Shown piece by piece: positions 1 through 9,550 of a stretch of 23,260 bases of DNA. The translations under genes and the position numbers were made by a program. The stretch lies in NCBI GenBank assembly GCA_051599415.1, contig AP039701.1:434001-457260 (forward strand), written 5' to 3'. This stretch comes from Savitreella phatthalungensis. Lineage: Eukaryota. How positions within the stretch are numbered: the stretch's first letter is position 1; every line of letters begins with the position of its first letter. The notes under the pieces were generated by a model, which saw only the letters and a program-made list of their open reading frames with translations, was not told the DNA's origin and made no database searches.

Positions 1-1170
1 CTGCTCAAACTCACTCCCACCGTCCGTATGGTCGCTTTCGAGCTTGCCCTGCCAGAAGCTCTGCTTAGATGCGCTTGGCTTCGCATCCATCTTTTCCTGC
101 ACTAGCCTGTGGACATATGCATCGCTTGCGTAATCCCAGATGCGGCCCGACTCCAAATCCATTGCAAAGGCGTGTTCGCACGCTGTAAAGTGTGCGATCG
201 CATGCTGACTCTCGTATCGCCCACAGGCGACATTGCCGCAGATTAAACACATCCAAAGGTTCTTCTCGGCTAGACAGATATTGCAAGCCTGCGGCTCCTT
301 CGACTCTAGCACAGCGCGGGCGTTACTGAAGCGACACACAGGACAGGTGGACTGAGTTTCGACCCATTTGCGGATGCAGGAGCAATGAAAAGTGTGGTCA
401 CATAGAATGGTGAGAAGTCCCGTGACTGAGTCATCCATCCGCTCAAGACAAATGACGCAGGTAGGCAGCTCTACCAGGGCTCCTGTCGCGGGTGGCAGCG
501 GACGAATGACGGTATTCTCTCCATTCGCTGCGTGGTGTTGAGAATGATCATCGCGTGCAACGATGCGAGGAAATGCTTCAGGCTCAAGGATCGACCCCTG
601 GAAGCTGAGGCTTCTTATGCGAACGACGTGGCATGTCTCGGCATCGATAGAGTTGAAGGCCTTACCATTGTAGTCATTGCGAAAAGCCTTAGCATCTTTT
701 GCACGTCGGAACCGGATCAATCCCATGAAGCGATTGAGTTTCGCAGTGCGGACCAAGCGAATGTTCGCCATGCCAGACACGTAGCCACCAAAGAATCCGA
801 GGAGATCTGCGGTCGTCATGTATGACGGAACCGCCAAAATAGCAACGACGTGCTGCGCACGTATAAGATCATCTGCGCCATCCTTTATGCAACCTGTGGT
901 TTCGGATTGCTCACCTTCCTTGTATAGATGAACAACACCCGCGCCAAGGTCGACGCTCTCGCTCTGATCCGGTTGATAGACTCCCTGAAGAGACGGCATT
1001 GCTAAATAATCGATCGTAAGCCCTGCGTATCGGGGCGATGGAGTAACCTGCTTCACTGAAGCCTTGCTGAGCAGTTCGCGCAGTCGCGATGGATGCGCGA
1101 ATACACTGACGGTGTCAATTTCTTTCACTGCCTCGCTGACTTGGATTGACAAACGATACACAACGCTCAT
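1..1170 (-). CDS. ETP1: BRAP2/Etp1-family RING-finger E3 ubiquitin ligase (BRAP2 + RING-H2 + zf-UBP), 3'-partial
   Basis: Translated by hand; not in the ORF track because it has no stop in the window. The frame is open from the ATG at 1170 (in-frame upstream stop at 1219-1221) to base 1: MSVVYRLSIQ...VAILAVPSYMTTADLLGF...NRFMGLIRF...YNGKAFNSIDAETCHVV (BRAP2), ELPTCVICLERMDDSVTGLLTILCDHTFHCSCIRKW...CPVCR (RING), NLWMCLICGNVACGRYESQHAIAHF...IWDYASDAYVHRLVQ (zf-UBP). Alternative start at 999. Confidence 0.93.
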   Translation of the reverse strand, partial: MSVVYRLSIQVSEAVKEIDTVSVFAHPSRLRELLSKASVKQVTPSPRYAGLTIDYLAMPSLQGVYQPDQSESVDLGAGVVHLYKEGEQSETTGCIKDGADDLIRAQHVVAILAVPSYMTTADLLGFFGGYVSGMANIRLVRTAKLNRFMGLIRFRRAKDAKAFRNDYNGKAFNSIDAETCHVVRIRSLSFQGSILEPEAFPRIVARDDHSQHHAANGENTVIRPLPPATGALVELPTCVICLERMDDSVTGLLTILCDHTFHCSCIRKWVETQSTCPVCRFSNARAVLESKEPQACNICLAEKNLWMCLICGNVACGRYESQHAIAHFTACEHAFAMDLESGRIWDYASDAYVHRLVQEKMDAKPSASKQSFWQGKLESDHTDGGSEFEQ

Positions 1171-2786
1171 GTGGGACAAGCTGTTCCCGTTGATGTGGAC
1201 GAGATTTTGTGCATTGGATCAGCCCACAACAGGTTACAGCTACCGACCACTGTGGTTTACACACGCGATGCAATATATTATGGATAAAAGATTTGCGACT
1301 GTATATCCTACGCACACAGTTAGGACTCTCGGCGAATCGTCTGCAAGCCGCAGATGTAGGCTGGGACGATATAAGGCTTGCAGGACATGGCCCTTTCGGC
1401 TAGGACACGAAATAGTCAGCGGAATCGTCACTTATGTGACCTCGTTATTCATGTGATCGTTGACTGATCCCCTGATGACTTTCTCGTACGTAAGTGAGAC
1501 GACCGGGTCGCTTCCTCACCTCTTTCTTCACGTTAGTAGACTCCCATAGCAGAGATTCAATTTCTCTTCCGTGACAAGGACGCAATCTGTGGAGCCGGCT
1601 GCATATGGAAACCTGGATACCTGCGCAAAGAAAGCTCAGGTCCGCGCTTTCTGTGGTCCAGGTGTGGCGTACCAAAGCGACCGGGTTGGAGCAGTGGAGC
1701 TCCCAACATAGCGTCTCGTTCTCCTAGGTCTCGACGCGAGAACTGACAGTCTCCATTGGCCATCTACATTGGAAAATATCACATCCTGCAGGTCAATTGA
1801 TTTCAGCTAGCGACCTCACTAGGTGGGGTTCCGGAGGCGTGCATACCGACGCCGTTTCACCATGCCCTGGAGACCCCGCGGCTTTATCTCGGTCCTGTTG
1901 ACTCCAATCATCTGTGTGCAATCAGAAAATAAGATTTGAATCTGGGCGTGGGCTTGACCCTGGTTCTGTTGCACGTGGATCTGAGACGGGAGTCACTCCA
2001 TTTTAGAGCGCGGTCCGTTTCAATGATATATCGTACGATAGACCGAGTGGCTCCCGCGCGATGGTACCGTGACCGTGGTAGCATTTAGCATATACACATG
2101 AGGGGCAACAAGCGCGACGACGAACACTTCAGAACCGCTCTTTTTCTATCACAAAATATATCTTGTCTTGTCTCTTTGAGCACAGAGCTGCTCGTGTCAC
2201 CGATTTCAACAAAGCGCGTCTTTCATGCTCAAACACGGCATAGACTTGCGATCTTTAGGCATTTCGCATTCGGCAAGATTCTATTTCTCGGCGTCTGGGT
2301 CTATTTCTCGAAGGTGTCAATTCTCAATGCGGAAAGGTGTGGCTTTAACTTAAAAGGGACAAAAAAGTTGAGTCCTTAATTTGACCGCTATCAGCGTTTG
2401 CGCCACTGTAGAAAGGGGTGCCCGCCCTCCTCGAGGAGTGCGCGGAGGACCCCCTCTCCTGCAACATCAGCCATTGACAGAATTCGGTCAATGTCTTTGA
2501 TCGAGTCTGTTCACCACAATCCGTGTCTCTTATGCAGTGGCGCGTGCAGGTCTATCGAGCGCACTCGCGCGTCCTGCGAGCTGTTGCGTGGCCGGGAAGC
2601 GATAAATATCGCCGTTGTCCTCGAATTGCACGGCCATCGCTTCCATTGCCGTCGTCCTCGCACTTCTCTCCATTACGGTCAAGGCCTATCACTCTCTAAG
2701 GCCTTACTGTATTACATCGTCGTCCGCACTACAGCCCTGAACTCGCAGTAAGTATCGGATTCTGCTCTTGGGAGGCATTATCGACA

Positions 2787-4298
2787 ATGCTCTTTGCAAG
2801 TCTCCTCGCTCTTGCCTCAATGGCTTACGCCGCGCCGGCCGCGGTTGGAGTCGAGATTTTGCCAAAACGCGCTGTCACTGTTTACCAGACGCAGACCGTA
2901 GCGTACACTGTTATGGCGCCGGTTGCCTTCGCCACTGCGTACCCAAACACAGGAACCACTCTTACGACGTCTTCCACGAAAAGCACTGCACCGACCACGG
3001 CCCCGATGACCACGAAGACAAGTTCGACGGCTGCAGCAACAACGACAGCGCAGGTCAACACTGGCTCTAGCACCGGCGCCAAAAAGGTGTTCGCCCACTA
3101 TATGCTGGGCAATTCGTATCCGATGGGAGTCGCTGACTTCCAGGGCGAAATTGCTCGGGCGCAGGCCGCGGGAATCGATGGCTTCGCTCTGAATGTCGGG
3201 CCAGATTCCTGGATGGCGGACAGAGCGAGCAAGATGTATCAGGCAGCTATCGGCACTTCCTTCAAGCTCTTCATCTCCTTGGATATGGCAGTCATGGCGA
3301 GCAGCGCAATCCAAGATTTGACTCACTGGGTTACAGACTACTCATCGCATCCCAACCAGTACTTCTACAACAGCAAACAATTTGTCTCCACCTTTGCCGG
3401 AGAATCCGTCACTTTTGGTCAAGCTAGCGCAACAGCTGGCTGGGCTCTTTTCAAGTCAACGCTCGCTGCAAAAGGTGTCAACATCTTCTTCGTCCCCTCA
3501 TTCACCGCACTCGGTCCGACGAATGCTATGGGAATGTCTTCGAATGATGGCGCCTTCTCTTGGGATGCATGGCCAACAGGTAATAGTGCCATGTCTACCG
3601 CAGAGGATCAGGGCTACATGGCCGCTCGCAACGGCAAAGTGTACATGGCAGGAGTCTCACCATGGTTCTTCACGCACTTCAGCTACAAGAACTGGATTTA
3701 CAAATCTGATGATCTGTACACTACGCGTTGGGAGCAGCTTGTGCAGATGCAGCCCGACTTTGTGGAGATCATCACGTGGAATGACTACGGAGAATCTTCG
3801 TACATCGGTCCCATCACTGGAGCCACGCCTTACGACAGCACCATCAACTCGGCTCAGTGGGTCAACGGTCATGACCACACCGCCTGGCTCGATCTTACTG
3901 CCTACTATATTCAGGCATACAAGCAGGGCGCCTTGTTTACCCCGTCGTCAAACAAGCTTTTCATGTGGTACCGTACACAAAGCAAGAACGCCGCGGCGTC
4001 AGCAGACCCTTATGGTCAGCCGACCAATTCCAATTTCGCCAGCGACAATATCTACCTCACTGTGCTGCTCACATCGCCTGCCACCGTCACTGTCTCTCAA
4101 GGTGGACAGACACAAACTTTTGCAGGCCAGGCAGGCGTCAACAAGTTCCAGTTTGTCGGTTTCACGGCGGGCGCGGCTCCTTCTGTGACCGTCACTCGCA
4201 ACGGGGCGACAATCCTCTCGCAGTCTGGTCCTCGTTCCATCGACAGCAACCCAACCCTATACAACTACAATCCCGTTGTAGCATCTTGGTCTTTCTAA
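2787..4298 (+). CDS. Secreted GH71 endo-alpha-1,3-glucanase (mutanase/Agn1-like)
   Basis: 503-aa ORF with a signal peptide, a KR Kex2-like site and a Thr/Ser-rich linker. GH71 motifs: KKVFAHYMLGN, AQAAGIDGFALN, FKLFISLD, FVSTFAGE, YMAGVSPWFFTH, KNWIY, VEIITWNDYGESSYIGP. Confidence 0.95.
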   Translation: MLFASLLALASMAYAAPAAVGVEILPKRAVTVYQTQTVAYTVMAPVAFATAYPNTGTTLTTSSTKSTAPTTAPMTTKTSSTAAATTTAQVNTGSSTGAKKVFAHYMLGNSYPMGVADFQGEIARAQAAGIDGFALNVGPDSWMADRASKMYQAAIGTSFKLFISLDMAVMASSAIQDLTHWVTDYSSHPNQYFYNSKQFVSTFAGESVTFGQASATAGWALFKSTLAAKGVNIFFVPSFTALGPTNAMGMSSNDGAFSWDAWPTGNSAMSTAEDQGYMAARNGKVYMAGVSPWFFTHFSYKNWIYKSDDLYTTRWEQLVQMQPDFVEIITWNDYGESSYIGPITGATPYDSTINSAQWVNGHDHTAWLDLTAYYIQAYKQGALFTPSSNKLFMWYRTQSKNAAASADPYGQPTNSNFASDNIYLTVLLTSPATVTVSQGGQTQTFAGQAGVNKFQFVGFTAGAAPSVTVTRNGATILSQSGPRSIDSNPTLYNYNPVVASWSF

Positions 4299-4455
4299 GG
4301 TGTGTCAATGCTTCCAATCTGGCGCAAACGCGTTTCGCCATCCTGTTCACGTCATTCATTCAACTCTTTTTACGAAATCTATGTACCTTTAGATACTTTT
4401 CCTCAGTCATGGCGTTTCTCATCATCGATCATCCTTGATTCATGCTCGCATAGCG

Positions 4456-6075
4456 TTACATTGACAGAATGCGTTGTGCGGCGTGTTCTGCAGCAATCAT
4501 GATTCCCATCTGAGGGTTAACAGTCAGTGGCGCAACGATTGATGCATCAACCACATGGATATTCGTGGTACCAATCACGAGCGTATTGACGTCCACGCAG
4601 CTCTGTAGAGCGCACGAGGAAGACCAATGGTTGACCTGACCGACTGCATAGGGCGAAGACGTAGTGATGTACGCACGGATTTCTTCGATAGTCGCGTCCT
4701 GCCGAATGTTGAGTGGCGTAAGGTCATCTGGTAGGAAATCAAACAGTTCCCGGATGAAAGTCGCAATGTCAAGAGCATCTTGCGGATCCTGATAAAGCAC
4801 CTTGGAGCTCGAACTTTTTAACGAATCGTCAAGCACAACCTGTCCGCGGCTACGCAATCCGGAGGTGCCGTACACGTTTAGTGTCATGGTGTGGTTCGAG
4901 GTGTAGTCCTGGTAACCTGCTGTTCCCACGGTCCCTTGCAGACCGACGAGATCTGTTTGTGTGTCTGTAGTCCTGTTGATAAAGTCCCAGAACGTCACTG
5001 TCTGTCCAGCGAAGGTGTAAGGACCTGTGCGATTCTGGACGTACGCCGCTGCGTCAGCTTCTGCAACCGCATCGTAAGAATATGTGTACGAATCAATGCG
5101 CGTCGACTCAAGCTCAATGAAGGTGTTCGGGTTATCGTAGAGGCCTTGGCCTATGGCCTCGTTAACAATCCATTCATCCATCGTTTGCACGAGGACTCCT
5201 GCGGATTGGAGTTTCGACAGCTCGGTAGTAGGACCAATGCCGGAATACATGAGCAACTGCGGTGACTGTATGGCGCCGGCAGAGCTGATAACGCGACCAT
5301 TCACAGCTAGGCTGATGATTTCGCCGGAGTCCAAAACGACGCCGTCGGCAGTGCCCTGTCGTTGCGATATCCTCATGACGCGAGCGCCGGTCCGGAACCC
5401 AAAATTCTCAAGTTTGAGTGCATCTTGCAGGTAATTGGTGACGGGGCCGCCACGCTGACCACCCGAGTAGTCATAAATTGGGTGACCGAACACCTTTGAT
5501 TTTGTGTCTGCCTCGCGATTCAGATCAACTTCTGTGTAGCCAGCGCGCGTCAACCAGTCATTGGTTACATCGAAGGATGTCTGCTCGTAGCGGATACCAT
5601 CAGCGGATGTGTCGTTTGTGCTAGGCTGACGTTGCTCGAGGCGTTGTGTCGCGTTGAGCACGTCACTGCTTTGCCAACCAGATGGAAAGTAGAGGTCCCA
5701 ATCCGAAGCGGGCGGTTTAAACCACAGGCCAGCATTGATTGCTGAAGATCCGCCAACTGTGCAGCCACCATATGCCGCTGACCAGCGCTCGCAGGTCAAA
5801 TTCCCACTATTCGCGAAAATCGAATTATAGAGCCCTGGGACATCGACACGAGACAAGTTCGTATTGTCAAGCCAGCTAGGACGCTGTGTGCCGCCAGTAA
5901 CATAGTAGGACGGGCCTCCAGCTTCGAGCAGAAGCGTTCGACCTCCTGCTTCAGCTATACGTGTCGCCGCGATGATGCCTGCTGGACCAGAGCCAATCAC
6001 GATAGTGTCCCAATCGACGACGTCTCGTCGAGTCAGGGGTGCTGCGAGGGCGAGGGGTAGAATGCTGAACAACAT
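4456..6075 (-). CDS. Secreted GMC oxidoreductase, cellobiose dehydrogenase flavodomain-like (AA3_1), no cytochrome domain
   Basis: The ATG at 6075 gives the signal peptide MLFSILPLALAAP followed by LTRR. FAD motif IVIGSGPAGII, TLLLEAGGPS, SRVDVPGLYNSI, GCTVGGSSAINAGLWFKP, and C-terminal NHWSSSC and VVDASI...NPQ. The ORF track starts 17 codons earlier at 6126. Confidence 0.88.
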   Translation of the reverse strand: MLFSILPLALAAPLTRRDVVDWDTIVIGSGPAGIIAATRIAEAGGRTLLLEAGGPSYYVTGGTQRPSWLDNTNLSRVDVPGLYNSIFANSGNLTCERWSAAYGGCTVGGSSAINAGLWFKPPASDWDLYFPSGWQSSDVLNATQRLEQRQPSTNDTSADGIRYEQTSFDVTNDWLTRAGYTEVDLNREADTKSKVFGHPIYDYSGGQRGGPVTNYLQDALKLENFGFRTGARVMRISQRQGTADGVVLDSGEIISLAVNGRVISSAGAIQSPQLLMYSGIGPTTELSKLQSAGVLVQTMDEWIVNEAIGQGLYDNPNTFIELESTRIDSYTYSYDAVAEADAAAYVQNRTGPYTFAGQTVTFWDFINRTTDTQTDLVGLQGTVGTAGYQDYTSNHTMTLNVYGTSGLRSRGQVVLDDSLKSSSSKVLYQDPQDALDIATFIRELFDFLPDDLTPLNIRQDATIEEIRAYITTSSPYAVGQVNHWSSSCALQSCVDVNTLVIGTTNIHVVDASIVAPLTVNPQMGIMIAAEHAAQRILSM

Positions 6076-6582
6076 TGTGTGACTCACTAGCCATCGCGAC
6101 AGTCGAGTTGGTTTATGTATACGCATACTGCAAGGAGTACTGGCAAAGCCTGTCGGATTTGCCGAGTGACTGACAATAGAAGCACTAGACTTTTGACTGA
6201 TGAATTCTAACAGCCACGCGGACTGACTGATGCGTCATAACGGTCACTTGCCACACAGCTGTCATGGTGAAATCCGGATGATATCTATAATGTGTCGACT
6301 GAGGGTGAATCGATACACAAGGATCAGTATTGTCTAAAAATACCTCAAACCGAATTCATCCACTAATTTCAGGCTAAATTGTATGCCCATACTGGTAGCA
6401 TTCTGCGTGGTCTGCACCCATGGCAAACGTGTTCCACCCGACATTCCACGTGTATTTTGATGAGAGAATATATATGCCTACATTAGCATACCGTGTACAA
6501 TGCCACCACAGGTATGTGTATCCAATAGATTGATCGCATTCAAGCGTAAACGGCTTGTTCACTTGCAATATGTGGGTATCTT

Positions 6583-7233
6583 ATGTCATCGATAGCTACT
6601 AATCAACACTGTATTCCGCTGATACTCCTGATGTCCTTCGAAAAGGTCTTCGCAGCCATTGATGATGGACATCGACTCGATCCGAATAAGCTCATAGATG
6701 GCACGCCATATGAGCTACACTACGCCGTAAAATCCTCCAACTATCTCGCAAAACACACGCCGAATGCCAGCGAGTTGCTCAGGATTGCTGTTCGGGCGCA
6801 GCACTTCCGAAGATTTGAGATTCCGCGCAGCACATATCCGATGACAAAACTCGGCTATCTGAGATGGAGATCTTTTCTGAAACAACGACAGGGCGATATG
6901 GTAGCCAAATTATGTATTCAGGCAGGCTATTCTGAGTTCGAAGCGAATAGGGTTGCCGCCCTGATCCGCAAAGACGATTTCAAAAGCGATGTAGAAGCGC
7001 AAGCTCTCGAAGATGTGGCTTGCCTCGTCTTTCTGGACGACCAGTTCGAGGACTTCAACAAGAATCATGATGAGGCTAAGATCATCCGAATTTTGCGGAA
7101 AACTTGGGTCAAGATGTCGAGCCGCGGCCATGAGCTCGCCCTGGAGATGGACATAGCAGAGCCCTGTCGGTCCGTGGTCTTGAGAGCGCTTTCTGGGGAA
7201 TCACATGCAAGCGATGACCATCTTCTCGAGTAG
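6583..7233 (+). CDS. DUF4202 family protein
   Basis: Motifs AIDDGHRLDPN, PYELHYA, SELLRIAVRAQHFRRFEIPRSTYPMTKLGYLRWR and QALEDVACLVFLDDQF...ILRKTWVKMSSRG are typical of DUF4202. The true start may be the ATG at 6631 (MSFEKV). Confidence 0.85.
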   Translation: MSSIATNQHCIPLILLMSFEKVFAAIDDGHRLDPNKLIDGTPYELHYAVKSSNYLAKHTPNASELLRIAVRAQHFRRFEIPRSTYPMTKLGYLRWRSFLKQRQGDMVAKLCIQAGYSEFEANRVAALIRKDDFKSDVEAQALEDVACLVFLDDQFEDFNKNHDEAKIIRILRKTWVKMSSRGHELALEMDIAEPCRSVVLRALSGESHASDDHLLE

Positions 7234-9330
7234 CGCAGCCAACAGGCCTTGCATCAATCGCTCTTCCTGTAATGCGTCAAATACAATCTGCAGCGACTCC
7301 TCAGTCGCACTTGTGCCCATCAGGCTGCGCACCGATGACGGCAAGGCGTGATTCATGAATGCTGTCTCCGCCTTTTTTCTGAGCTCTGAATCTGGAGAGC
7401 CTGCCTCAGCTGGGTGTGTCGCGACGATTCTGTCGTTGATCTTCGACAGATAATGCGCCATACTACTGTCCTCAACCAGCATAGCTAGAAACATCTCAAG
7501 AGATGCCTTCAGATCGCGACTGTAGCGCGAATTGCGCGACAGATATTGCGACCGCAGGATACTCAGTATGGTGCCCCGGATTGACCAGGTTCGAGGCGAG
7601 AGTGCGAAAAATGAGAGCATGAGCTCCATAGACTCGTCGACAAGGTCTTGCACGTCGTCAAGGGTCACTTCTGGAGGCCTGCTGATGACAGTTGCGACCA
7701 TGCGAGGTTGCGGGCTAGCAGGACGCGACTCGGTGCTTGAAAGCATCTCGACTAGCTCTCTCGTGGATCCTATAGTTCTGCGAAATTCCGGTGAGTGAGA
7801 ATGAGTAGAGGAGGATGCTCGGCGCTGTCGCCGTTCGTGCACGAGATTTTCGAGGATGAAGGGTGGTGCTTTGAATCCTTCATGATGGGCTTGCGCAAAT
7901 TCGCCGATTGCCAAGCTCGGCTCGCAGAAAGTAGCCATCTGCGCGGTATACGTGTCCGCCGATGCTAAACGCTGGAGCATCGCCTGCAGACGCTGTCTTG
8001 CATCTGAATAAGTATCTGTGTCTTCAGTGCTGCCACACGCCTGGCAAGTCAGATCCCTGAGTAAGGTCACATCCGCCTGGTTTCTCATGACTGTGTAGCC
8101 AGCTCCGTCTGAGCTATGGACTACCATAACTCCATAAATCGCTGGTATACTGTCGGCAACACGAGAATCTTGCGTGATGCCGCCCTCATACTCAGTAAAG
8201 TCTTCGACCGTTATGCGAGCCATTCTGAGACTTTTCTGAGGCGAGGATGAGCGCGAGCGCGATTTTGAGAATGCTCGGCGAAGGAAGTGAGGCCGCTTCT
8301 CTGGTGTGGCCGTCTGAGAGTCCGGAGACAGCTCGCGCTTACCGAAGCTAAGTCGTCTGCCTCTTCGCCGGCTCATGATCGGCGTCGGAGGTGGGTCGGT
8401 GACTTCAGGGACATCTGCTAAACTCCATGACTCAGCTGGTGGTGGGCGCATCAGAGAAGACGGACTCAATGCATATTCCAGAGCCTGCCCAGGTGCTGTG
8501 AAAGATTGATGAACATCTTGTTCACCTTTTGCATCCTTTCTATCTGAAGAACTCATCTCAGGAGACGATGGCGAGAAGAGAATCAGAATGAGCTGATTGA
8601 CCGCTGTCGACGTCGATGAGGCTCGGACAAGTGGCAGCAGAACAGAGGTTGCCAAGATCTGCTGCAAGAAGAGCCTTGCTGCTTCGCATGCGAGGTCTTC
8701 AGGTCGCGCCAACTTGCGCAGAACTCGGGCGGACAGCAGCCGTATTCTGGCGTTGGTATTGCTCTCATCCGCAAGCTGTGCAATCGCACTTTGTGGCTGC
8801 GCACTTATGAAGGCTTCTAAAGATGTAGGATTGTGTCCGGCGTGCATCGATCGGAGGTCGGCCAAGACGAAACCCATCGTGCTCGTCATTGACGTCCAAA
8901 TACATTTCAGCGTGCGAGTTGTATCCCGGTTCCGCAGGTTGGAATATAAAGTCGAGATTGCATCTCCGAGCGCGGCCTTACAAGCATCGACAACGCGAGA
9001 ATCAGTTGTGAACGTCGGCTCTTTATACCACCACAAGACGTAGTCGCGCATCACTTGATCAACAAAGCGTTCGACCTGTATTGCGCATGCCGGGGGCAGC
9101 TGCAGAACAATAGACTCATCGAAGCTAACGTCCTCATCTGCCTGACTCACCTGCAATCTGTGCGCCTGACGCTGACGTCGAAGCTGTCTGTGAGGATAAA
9201 GGTAGAAAACGGCTCCTGCCCCAGCAGCGAATGCTAGAATTAAGGTCGGCCGGAAGATGGTCAGCAGAGCTACCAGCGTACCAATACATATCCCGGCGAG
9301 CATTCTTTGACGACTCATTCGGATCGACAT
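7201..9330 (-). CDS. PXA-domain protein (Pxa1/Mdm1/SNX13-related) with N-terminal transmembrane segments and a C-terminal Nexin_C-like region
   Basis: The first in-frame ATG is at 9330 (the track start at 9468 is TTG). Two hydrophobic N-terminal segments, then PXA-like FVDQVMRDYVLWWY...VLRKLARPEDLACEAARLFLQQILATSVLLP, and C-terminal SSVRSLMGTSATEESLQIVFDALQ. Confidence 0.75.
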   Translation of the reverse strand: MSIRMSRQRMLAGICIGTLVALLTIFRPTLILAFAAGAGAVFYLYPHRQLRRQRQAHRLQVSQADEDVSFDESIVLQLPPACAIQVERFVDQVMRDYVLWWYKEPTFTTDSRVVDACKAALGDAISTLYSNLRNRDTTRTLKCIWTSMTSTMGFVLADLRSMHAGHNPTSLEAFISAQPQSAIAQLADESNTNARIRLLSARVLRKLARPEDLACEAARLFLQQILATSVLLPLVRASSTSTAVNQLILILFSPSSPEMSSSDRKDAKGEQDVHQSFTAPGQALEYALSPSSLMRPPPAESWSLADVPEVTDPPPTPIMSRRRGRRLSFGKRELSPDSQTATPEKRPHFLRRAFSKSRSRSSSPQKSLRMARITVEDFTEYEGGITQDSRVADSIPAIYGVMVVHSSDGAGYTVMRNQADVTLLRDLTCQACGSTEDTDTYSDARQRLQAMLQRLASADTYTAQMATFCEPSLAIGEFAQAHHEGFKAPPFILENLVHERRQRRASSSTHSHSPEFRRTIGSTRELVEMLSSTESRPASPQPRMVATVISRPPEVTLDDVQDLVDESMELMLSFFALSPRTWSIRGTILSILRSQYLSRNSRYSRDLKASLEMFLAMLVEDSSMAHYLSKINDRIVATHPAEAGSPDSELRKKAETAFMNHALPSSVRSLMGTSATEESLQIVFDALQEERLMQGLLAALLEKMVIACM

Positions 9331-9550
9331 GCTATTTGAAGCGTCTTTGGTGTGGCCATGCACATGACTGCCGGCATTATTGAGAGATCCGAGACTCGTT
9401 CTGCGTGCAATATATGTACGTGTGCATTTATGTGCTTGTTTACCTACGTCAGGGCATATTCCCCGCAACTGAAAATGTGATCGCGCGCGTGTGATACGCC
9501 CACGCCTATAAGATTGTACTCAAGCAACGCACAGGCTGCGCACGAGAGCA

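Noticed and set aside
3382..4438. Alternative-frame ORFs (268 aa and 157 aa) within the GH71 gene
   Set aside because: Off-frame shadows of a well-supported CDS.
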